Positions 1 through 6,317 of a stretch of 10,898 bases of DNA are shown in pieces. The position numbers were made by a program, and so were the translations under genes. Each line of letters opens with the position of its first letter. Within the stretch, counting starts at the first letter, position 1. Under the pieces are notes generated by a model that saw only the letters and a list, made by a program, of their open reading frames with translations, did not search any database and was not told the DNA's origin. This DNA comes from Promethearchaeota archaeon. Lineage in GTDB: Archaea; Asgardarchaeota; Lokiarchaeia; Sigyniarchaeales; SOKP01. The stretch spans positions 1 to 10,898 of the forward strand of contig JBHLME010000142.1 of assembly GCA_048938445.1 (NCBI GenBank), read 5' to 3'.

Positions 1-1
1 T

Positions 2-82
2 AGCGTCTTTTATTTTTTAGCGTGGATTTTTGCGATTTTAGGAATCTTTAGTGCCTACTTGGGATATATCCAACCAAAATAA
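2..82 (+). CDS. 3' end of a membrane protein gene running in from the left edge (partial)
   Basis: Frame 2 reads SVFYFLAWIFAILGIFSAYLGYIQPK then TAA at 80-82. One hydrophobic helix, convergent with the 126..317 gene. Not in the ORF track because it is truncated. Confidence 0.65.
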   Translation, partial: SVFYFLAWIFAILGIFSAYLGYIQPK

Positions 83-125
83 GATGAATAATTTCTCCTA
101 TATACTTTTTAAAATTCAGAGGATA

Positions 126-317
126 TTATCTCTTTAAACTGGCACTAAACCGTCGTTTTTCTTCAATTGAGAGGATTTCATCATCCGCATAAAATTTAAA
201 ATCGCTTTTATTGAACTCCAAATTACAATTAGGACAATCAAAAGTATCATCATAATTAATGATATTATTGTTGCCACATCGAGGACAATGATATAAATCG
301 TCTTTTTTTGAAGTCAT
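126..317 (-). CDS. Small zinc-ribbon protein (CPxCG type), 63 aa
   Basis: CPRCG-x12-CPNC four-cysteine motif. A TATA-like TATATAAA lies about 25-33 nt upstream on the minus strand. Confidence 0.8.
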   Translation of the reverse strand: MTSKKDDLYHCPRCGNNNIINYDDTFDCPNCNLEFNKSDFKFYADDEILSIEEKRRFSASLKR

Positions 318-334
318 TTTGTCGCCAATATGAG

Positions 335-359
335 GAGGTATTTTTATATATTTTACCTC
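335..359 (-). promoter_or_regulatory. Putative TATA box of the zinc-ribbon gene, bracketed by a GAGGTA/TACCTC inverted repeat
   Basis: Minus strand reads GAGGTA-AAATATATAAAAA-TACCTC. The distance to ATG 317 fits a leaderless or short-leader archaeal promoter. Confidence 0.4.
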
Positions 360-490
360 AATAATTATTATATTTATTTTATATTTAAATATCCTTAATT
401 CTCTTATTCGATATATTTACTTTATTGATTGAGGTCTGAAAATATAAAAAATATTTTTAAAAATGAATTTCTATTTACTAAAATCATTTA

Positions 491-922
491 TTATGGTAAA
501 AAAGCTTCAATTTCTCGAATAATATCACCAATTAGAACTATCGTTTTCTTAATTTCATATCCTCTTTTTTGATAACTCTTTACCAAGGGCTTGATTTGTT
601 CATCGTCAACTCTCGAAAGTAGCAAAACTGCGCCTAAACACTTACCCGAAGAATTTTTTACTAATTCTGGAACATAGCTTCCATCCTTATTTTTATTCCA
701 TTCTCTTGAGTATCCTTCAATAAGTGCTGGTGACCATGGAACAGGGGTTCTGATTAGCTTAGTTAACATATCAGATTTCATGTATTTATCCCATATAAAA
801 ATTAGTCTATACTCTTCTATTTCTTTTGGACTTATCTCTTGTGAAGGAACATGTACTACTGAAGTTGCATATGGTTGCCAAAATCCAAACCAACACATTG
901 TCAATTCATTTTCTTTTGTCAT
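491..922 (-). CDS. Hypothetical protein with a degenerate gamma-glutamylcyclotransferase-like (GGCT/AIG2) fold
   Basis: Motif order LIFIWDKYM / PALIEGYSREW / PELVKNSSGKCLGAVLLL / SYQKRGYEIKKTIV parallels the GGCT-like pattern FxYGSLM / PAxLxGY / PxLV-GxxVxGxL / LDxxEGxxY. The SD AAGGAG favours the second ATG (922) over 928. Confidence 0.6.
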   Translation of the reverse strand: MTKENELTMCWFGFWQPYATSVVHVPSQEISPKEIEEYRLIFIWDKYMKSDMLTKLIRTPVPWSPALIEGYSREWNKNKDGSYVPELVKNSSGKCLGAVLLLSRVDDEQIKPLVKSYQKRGYEIKKTIVLIGDIIREIEAFLP

Positions 923-1011
923 TAACATTCTCCTTGAATTGTTAAATAAATTAAAATAGTATTACAAAAAATAGTTAAAAAAAAATTTAAAATTTCAGTT
1001 TAAAAATTATA

Positions 1012-1036
1012 AATAAAAAAAAAAATAAAAAGAAAA
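1012..1036 (-). terminator. Oligo-T terminator after the Fe-S gene
   Basis: Long A runs on the + strand (T tracts on -) just downstream of the stop at 1049. Confidence 0.55.
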
Positions 1037-1048
1037 TTTTACAAATTC

Positions 1049-3265
1049 TTAATAATCTAACTGTTCACCAAGAGCCATTCTAGCTAGATCGCTTAGGAAA
1101 TAAGATTTCATTCCTTTTGCACCAATTTTACGTTCAAGAGTATCCTTACACATTGGACAATTAAAAATACATATCTCCGCGCCATGTTCTACCATATCTT
1201 TAACATTTTTATTTTGAGTTGGTCTTACTAACTTGTTTTTACCTTTTAAAGGAAAGGATGCGGCACAACATAGGGCATTTTCTCGATCATACTCACGCTG
1301 AACTCTTTCTACTCCTATTAATTCACAAATTTTATCCACCCACTCATCAGTTTCAGGTACGTATCTATTCGAGCAATTTCTTTGATATGCAGCTTTTATA
1401 TTTAATTTAGATATTTCCGATTCATGGTCCTTTAAGTAATTATACACATATTCAAAGATATGAACTGGCTTAAATGGTTGCTCAATATTATTTCTTTGGC
1501 AATAGGATGTATATAAACCATAGCATTCATCATGCCAGCATATAACCTCAGTATCCTTTTTAACTCCAGTCTTTTTAAAATTATCTATTATGATTGGAAC
1601 TCTTTCTTTTATGATTGACGGCAATGCTAAGTGCTGATACATCAAATTGCAGAAAAAATCACGTCCACTTAAGTATTGTAAATTATCAAACATTGGCCCC
1701 ATCATTTCTTTTGAATTGCTCTTAAAGAATAAACATTTATTTAAAACGGGTTTAGATGGATCGATGTCTTTAATTCTAATCTCGTCATGCGGTTCATACA
1801 TTTTTATTGAATTTTGTATAACAGCAGGATTACAATCTAAAGTTTTATAACGCTCTTGCAATTCATTTATGAGATCAAATGGATGAGCTCCATATGGACA
1901 ATATTCATCACAACTAAAGCACCCTAAACATTCTGTCAGCACTCGAGAATCTTGATCTTCATTTATTAATTTATTAATTTCTACTCTTGCGGCTTCAGTA
2001 TTCTCAAATTCTATATATTGACAACGTGTTAAACAGTCAATATTTTCACAATTTACACAATTTGATTTGTTAAAAATCATTTTCACCTCTGCTTTTTCAA
2101 TTATTTCATAATCTAATTGATCTAATAATTCTATTAAATCTAATATTTCAAAATTCATGTTAAATTTCTTATTGGCATCGTATAAATTTGTCCTACAAAA
2201 GGGACATGTGGATACTACTATCGAAGCACCCGTCTGTTTCGCTTCATCTAATCGCTCTTTAGAAATTTCTACAGACCAATCAGGATATCCAATTTTTACA
2301 CCTCCTCCCGCACCACAACACCACGCATTTTCTTTATTTCTTTTCATCTCTATAAGAGAAACACCTGGTATCTGTTTCAATATCTCTCTTGGAGGTTCAT
2401 AAAAATTTGAATGTCTTCCAAGATGACATGGATCATGGTATGTAATTATTTTTATAAATTCTGACTTAAATTTAATTCTCTTATCTTTTAAAAATTGATT
2501 AATTATTTCAGTCACGTGGTATATTTCTAAATTATGCTCAACTCCTTTCTTATAAAAATCCTCTTTTAAAGTTCTATAACACCCTGCACAAGAGGTTATG
2601 ACTTTCGAAGCTCCTGCTTTAAATATCTCTTGAATATTATAATTCATAAAATCTTTAACTGGATTTAATTGTCCTGTTCTTAAAAGGGGACTCGTACAGC
2701 AGTGTTCATCAATTAATGTAAAATCAATACTTGACTTTTTCAAAAACGCTATTGTTGCATCTCTTAAATTTTTTTGTCTATAATTTGAAGTGCAACCAAT
2801 AAAGTATACCCATTCAGCTTCATCTGGAAGGTCATATTTCTCCTTTAAATTGTCATTATCAGAATTGACTTCTCCATAGGGATTAAAATAGTTTGGATTC
2901 ATTGTTCTTTTTAGCAAGTTAGAATGATTTTCAGGACAAAACCCATTCAAAACTGCTTCATTTCTTCCCATTTCTATGAAATCAACAAGAAAATGATTGA
3001 ATTTATCGAACCTACAATTTTCCATGCAATTTCCACATGTAGAACAGGAATAAATAACATTAGCAACCCCAGAATTCCATTGAAGCTCACCTTTAATCAA
3101 ACTATAAATTAACCACAATCTTCCTCCAGTGCTGTATGTTTCAAACCTATATTTTTTATAACTAGGACAATTAATTTCAGAAAAATCATAGGTATACTTA
3201 CAATAACCACATCGAAAACATCGATGTATAATATCCTTCCAGTCTGTAATGGAAATTTGTGTCAA
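1049..3265 (-). CDS. (Fe-S)-binding oxidoreductase made of two fused HdrD/GlcF-like units, each with a ferredoxin-like part and two CCG domains, 738 aa
   Basis: Unit 1: CFRCGYC..CP, CSTCGNCMENC, FIGC, EHCC, SCAGC, YHDPCHLGR, WCCGAGGG, TCPFC. Unit 2 from Met396: CVNC..CLTRC, CLGCFSCDEYCP, HDEC, QRNC, LCCAAS, NCPMC. TTG start preceded by GGAGGTGA inside the end of the upstream gene. Confidence 0.92.
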   Translation of the reverse strand: MTQISITDWKDIIHRCFRCGYCKYTYDFSEINCPSYKKYRFETYSTGGRLWLIYSLIKGELQWNSGVANVIYSCSTCGNCMENCRFDKFNHFLVDFIEMGRNEAVLNGFCPENHSNLLKRTMNPNYFNPYGEVNSDNDNLKEKYDLPDEAEWVYFIGCTSNYRQKNLRDATIAFLKKSSIDFTLIDEHCCTSPLLRTGQLNPVKDFMNYNIQEIFKAGASKVITSCAGCYRTLKEDFYKKGVEHNLEIYHVTEIINQFLKDKRIKFKSEFIKIITYHDPCHLGRHSNFYEPPREILKQIPGVSLIEMKRNKENAWCCGAGGGVKIGYPDWSVEISKERLDEAKQTGASIVVSTCPFCRTNLYDANKKFNMNFEILDLIELLDQLDYEIIEKAEVKMIFNKSNCVNCENIDCLTRCQYIEFENTEAARVEINKLINEDQDSRVLTECLGCFSCDEYCPYGAHPFDLINELQERYKTLDCNPAVIQNSIKMYEPHDEIRIKDIDPSKPVLNKCLFFKSNSKEMMGPMFDNLQYLSGRDFFCNLMYQHLALPSIIKERVPIIIDNFKKTGVKKDTEVICWHDECYGLYTSYCQRNNIEQPFKPVHIFEYVYNYLKDHESEISKLNIKAAYQRNCSNRYVPETDEWVDKICELIGVERVQREYDRENALCCAASFPLKGKNKLVRPTQNKNVKDMVEHGAEICIFNCPMCKDTLERKIGAKGMKSYFLSDLARMALGEQLDY
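2083..2089 (-). promoter_or_regulatory. Internal Shine-Dalgarno GAGGTGA before the in-frame ATG at 2080
   Basis: Minus strand GCAGAGGTGAAAATGATT, exactly at the boundary between the two Fe-S units. Confidence 0.6.
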
Positions 3266-3266
3266 T

Positions 3267-4637
3267 TCATGTCACCTCCCAATTTCCAGGATTCATAATA
3301 CCATTTGGATCTAAAGTATCTTTAATTGTTTTCAGGAGAGCTTTATAACTCGGTTTAATTTTTTCTAAGATTAATTTCTGTCCGTCTAATTCTACTTTCC
3401 ATGGTATTCCCCCCAATTCTAAGGCCAATTCATTCGTTTCATGGAGTGCCTTACGAGCATTTTCCATTTCTTTAGGATCTGCTCTGTTGAATGAATAGGA
3501 AAAAAACACGATTACAGTATGAGTTCCACTCATTAGTCTAGAACCAAGTGTTGGAATAATTCCATATTTTTTTGAAATTTCTGCACCTTTTAGATAACAT
3601 TCAGGCACATTTTCTAAGGGCATAAAAGCACCAACGTATTCAAAACCTCCTCCTTTACGATAATCGGCAGCAGCGGCAGCAAAAATGGGTTTCTCCATAT
3701 AAGCATTATGAAATTTTTCAGGTGCTTTCATAAATCTACATTTATTTTTACGATATATTTTTTTTAATATCTTAATCTGTCTCTGGATGTCATCTTCAGA
3801 ATCTCCCGTGATATAAGTCATAAGAAAGATGTAACCTTTCATCCATTCAGGTTTATCTTGCATTCCTATCAGAATATCTTCAGCCATATTAGTCTCTGTA
3901 ATTTTTAATAAAATATTAGGTATGTCGTTAGGATCCTTAAGTAATCCATTTACAATATCGCGAAATTTCGGTTTAGGATAAAGCTTAATTGAAAGTTTTG
4001 TAATAATTCCCATAGTTCCAAATGAACTTGTAAATAATCCAATAAAATCTGGGAGAGGCCCTCTTGAAAACCAATAATCAGAAAGCGCGCATGATCCTAA
4101 ATTACAAATTTCTCCGGTCGGTAAAATAAGTTCTAAACCATTAATCATTGATCCATGATCACCATGACGTTGAGATAGATATCCTGATCCATGAATTAAA
4201 ACATTACCCGCAATTGTAGCAGAAGGGGGTGCATCTGGAATGGGAGGTTCTAATTGAGGATGATTTTCATTTAAATATGACAACAATTGTCCTGTAGTAA
4301 CTCCTGCTTCCATCAACGCATATCGACTCGATTCATTTATTTCAATGATCTTATTCATTCTTTTCATATCGATAATTATACCCCCTTTTACTGGCACGAC
4401 TAATGCACTAAGTGTTAATCCCCCACCCATTGGAATTAAAGGTATCTTATGTTCATTAGCAAATTTAACTATTTGTTGAACTTCGCTTGTTGTTTCTGGA
4501 ATGACCACGAAATCCACTGGTCTTGGTAATGATGCGCCAGGATCCATTGAATATATATGCAAATCTTCTTCTTTATTAGATACAAATTCTTTCCCAACAA
4601 TTTCATTAAGCTTTTTAAAAATTTCATTATCATTCAT
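3267..4637 (-). CDS. FAD-binding oxidoreductase, VAO/PCMH superfamily (GlcD-like architecture), 456 aa
   Basis: PVDFVVIPETTSEVQ, PMGGGLTLS, IDMKRMNKI, EAGV, ATIAGN, GLELILPTG, GTMGIITK and C-terminal LDPNGIMNPG. Coupled to a CCG-domain Fe-S gene as in glcD/glcF-type pairs. Confidence 0.92.
   Translation of the reverse strand: MNDNEIFKKLNEIVGKEFVSNKEEDLHIYSMDPGASLPRPVDFVVIPETTSEVQQIVKFANEHKIPLIPMGGGLTLSALVVPVKGGIIIDMKRMNKIIEINESSRYALMEAGVTTGQLLSYLNENHPQLEPPIPDAPPSATIAGNVLIHGSGYLSQRHGDHGSMINGLELILPTGEICNLGSCALSDYWFSRGPLPDFIGLFTSSFGTMGIITKLSIKLYPKPKFRDIVNGLLKDPNDIPNILLKITETNMAEDILIGMQDKPEWMKGYIFLMTYITGDSEDDIQRQIKILKKIYRKNKCRFMKAPEKFHNAYMEKPIFAAAAADYRKGGGFEYVGAFMPLENVPECYLKGAEISKKYGIIPTLGSRLMSGTHTVIVFFSYSFNRADPKEMENARKALHETNELALELGGIPWKVELDGQKLILEKIKPSYKALLKTIKDTLDPNGIMNPGNWEVT
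3272..3279 (-). promoter_or_regulatory. Shine-Dalgarno GGAGGTGA for the TTG start at 3265
   Basis: Minus strand GGGAGGTGACATGAATTGACA. There is a 1-nt gap between the upstream TGA and the TTG, consistent with translational coupling. Confidence 0.75.
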
Positions 4638-4726
4638 TTTATAGTCATCTTAATGGTAAATTTGTTGATTTATATTGATTTTATAGATTTTATTTTTTGT
4701 TTCATATTTATGGCACATTCCTTTAT

Positions 4727-4928
4727 AATATTTCACATAAGTTTTTATTTTTTTTTAATAAAAACAATTATGAAAGAAAAAGTAGATTAATATCATTTTG
4801 TCAAATGATGTTATTTAGCGTGAAATATTTTTGTCGGATTTTGGTAATAATTACTTTAACTATCCACAAATCGTGAAAACATGAAAAATTAGAAAAAATT
4901 GTCTATTTATTTCATGTAGGTGAAATAT
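4727..4928. promoter_or_regulatory. Three copies of GTGAAATAT in the divergent promoter region (candidate operator)
   Basis: Copies at 4728-4736 (-), 4820-4828 (+) and 4920-4928 (+). Confidence 0.35.
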
Positions 4929-5008
4929 ATAGCGAAAAAACCTAAGATTTTTATATATCTAAAAGGATTAATAATTAATTTAAAGCAAAATTTATATATG
5001 GATGATTA

Positions 5009-5320
5009 ATGAGCTCTGGATCAATATATAAGACATTAGACGTAACAGTTAAAAAAGTTCTTGTCAATCTAAGATCGAATTGGGAAAAAGAGGATACAAT
5101 TAACCATTCAGATAGTAATCTTATTTTTAAGGAAAATTTGTATAATATAATCCAGCTAAATTCTCTCGAACCAAATAAGGAAGAATATTTTAGAATTATA
5201 AGAGAAATTAATTCTTTCTTATCAAATACTAAAAAATTAACCAATCAACAAAAATTGGATTATTGCAAAACTGAAAGATATTTTATGAAGCTATATCTTA
5301 AAGAATTTGATAATAGATAG
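5009..5320 (+). CDS. Hypothetical soluble helical protein, 103 aa
   Basis: ATG to TAG ORF with charged amphipathic composition, filling the space convergent with the Rab-like gene. No family recognised. Confidence 0.65.
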   Translation: MSSGSIYKTLDVTVKKVLVNLRSNWEKEDTINHSDSNLIFKENLYNIIQLNSLEPNKEEYFRIIREINSFLSNTKKLTNQQKLDYCKTERYFMKLYLKEFDNR

Positions 5321-5351
5321 TAAAAAAATGGTTTGATTTTAGAAAAAATTA

Positions 5352-5879
5352 TTAATGCATGACCATTTTTGAATTAACAATTTTTTGGGTCATTTCTGTT
5401 AATGCATCAATAAAGATTTCATCAGAATAGTCTGAAAGTTCTATGAAAATTCCTCCATTCTCTTCAGTATCTCTCTTGATATTAGTTAAATCCAAAGATT
5501 CATCAATTTTTCCCTTATCTACACCTATTAATACATAAGGTATTTTTGTAATTAGTTCTTCATGAATTTCTTTAATTTGATCCTTAACTGCGCGATAACA
5601 CTCAGCATCTGATAAATCGAATGCAATTACAGCTCCCATCGCGCCTCTGTATAATGATTTTCTAAAAAACTTGAACGTTTCCTTCTCACAGATGTCCCAA
5701 AAAGATAAAGTTGCAATCTCTCCATCAAATAATTCAATATTTTTAATAAATACATTGACTCCTAAAGTAATACGATAATTACTCTCGAATGTAATTCCCA
5801 TTAATTCTCCGTAAGTGCTTTTTTTTTCATTAAAACCCCTATAATTAATGAAAATAAGCTTAAACTTGAAAGATTGCAT
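5352..5879 (-). CDS. Rab-like small GTPase-fold protein with degenerate nucleotide-binding motifs (pseudo-GTPase), 175 aa
   Basis: FKFKLIFI, FESNYRITLGVNV, TLSFWD, LYRGAMGAVIAFDLS and IPYVLIG match the Rab scaffold. G1, G3, G4 and G5 are all substituted. SD-like AAGGTTGA precedes the ATG. Confidence 0.85.
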   Translation of the reverse strand: MQSFKFKLIFINYRGFNEKKSTYGELMGITFESNYRITLGVNVFIKNIELFDGEIATLSFWDICEKETFKFFRKSLYRGAMGAVIAFDLSDAECYRAVKDQIKEIHEELITKIPYVLIGVDKGKIDESLDLTNIKRDTEENGGIFIELSDYSDEIFIDALTEMTQKIVNSKMVMH

Positions 5880-5935
5880 TCAACCTTATCTATTTCATTA
5901 AACTTGTCTAATTAATTTATTTATAGTGCTCTTAC

Positions 5936-5943
5936 TATTTAAA
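5936..5943 (-). promoter_or_regulatory. Putative TATA box (TTTAAATA) of the Rab-like gene
   Basis: Canonical archaeal TATA octamer on the minus strand. It would give a leader of roughly 30-35 nt containing the 5884-5899 motif. An alternative TTATATAA lies at 5958-5965. Confidence 0.35.
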
Positions 5944-6086
5944 CTATATACTCATTTTTATATAACGAAATAAAAATTTTCAAAAAACATTTTCAATATA
6001 TTTTATATTATTTGTCAAAACTCCCAATCAATTATATAAATATTTTTGAAATTTATATACATCAATGATACAACCATTTTTCTGTA

Positions 6087-6104
6087 AAGAAATAAGTATA
6101 TATA
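6087..6104 (+). promoter_or_regulatory. Putative BRE and TATA for the intergenic RNA
   Basis: Purine-rich AAGAAATAAG followed by TATATATA (6097-6104). The predicted start (~6127-6131) coincides with the 5' arm of the first helix. Confidence 0.4.
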
Positions 6105-6127
6105 CATAACTTTGATTATTTTACTAA

Positions 6128-6305
6128 AAAGGATAAGGTTATAAAAATCTAAAAAATGGTTCCTGCCATCATCCTGGATTTTTGTCTTTTGGTTAGTGTA
6201 GAGATGCACTTTAAATTTTCCTTATCCTATTTCATTTTAGGACTTCGTTGAAGTCCTGATGGCAGGGACCTCACTTAATAAAACTCAAGTAGTAAAATAG
6301 ATAAG
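6128..6305 (+). ncRNA. Candidate structured, pseudoknotted ncRNA of unknown family (domain 1)
   Basis: Helices 6130-6138/6220-6228 (9 bp), 6141-6150/6176-6185 (10 bp, 2 GU), 6195-6200/6205-6210 (GAGA tetraloop), 6237-6246/6250-6259 (10 bp, 1 GU) and 6158-6171/6257-6270 (14 bp, 1 GU). All imperfect pairs are G-U on the + strand. Confidence 0.6.
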
Positions 6306-6317
6306 TAGAAAGAGATC

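Larger units (their letters stand above)
5884..6305. repeat. Four copies of an AAA(T)AG(G)ATAAG(G) motif in alternating orientation
   Basis: 5884-5899 CCTTATCTATTTCATT (-), 6127-6140 AAAAGGATAAGGTT (+), 6220-6236 CCTTATCCTATTTCATT (-), 6295-6305 AAATAGATAAG (+). Confidence 0.65.

Noticed and set aside
1219-3112. Plus-strand ORFs 1219..1410, 1647..1850, 2157..2402 and 2924..3112
   Set aside because: Short antisense shadows of the well-supported Fe-S gene, with no recognisable motifs.
4557-5244. ORFs 4557..4790 (+) and 4975..5244 (-)
   Set aside because: The first is an F/I-rich translation of AT-rich promoter DNA overlapping the FAD gene. The second is antisense to the more protein-like 5009..5320.
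6015-6209. 64-aa minus-strand ORF
   Set aside because: Low-complexity I/Y/N/K composition, no SD, and antisense to the structured RNA candidate.
6158-6270. MITE with 14-bp terminal inverted repeats
   Set aside because: The flanks (TAAAAAAT and TCACTTAA) show no target-site duplication, no transposase is nearby, and other helices cross the supposed left end. Not fully excluded without a genome-wide copy search.
6237-6281. Selenocysteine readthrough or SECIS at TGA 6249, and at the FAD gene TGA 3267
   Set aside because: No AUGA/GA-type SECIS core is evident and there is no selenoprotein-like context. The FAD gene ends at the normal family C-terminus and is out of frame with the next gene.
6116-6300. 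Outer helix TATTTTACTA (6117-6126) / TAGTAAAATA (6290-6299)
   Set aside because: A real 10-bp match, but AT-rich and its 5' arm lies upstream of the predicted transcription start. It was left out of the RNA model and would matter only if the start is further upstream.
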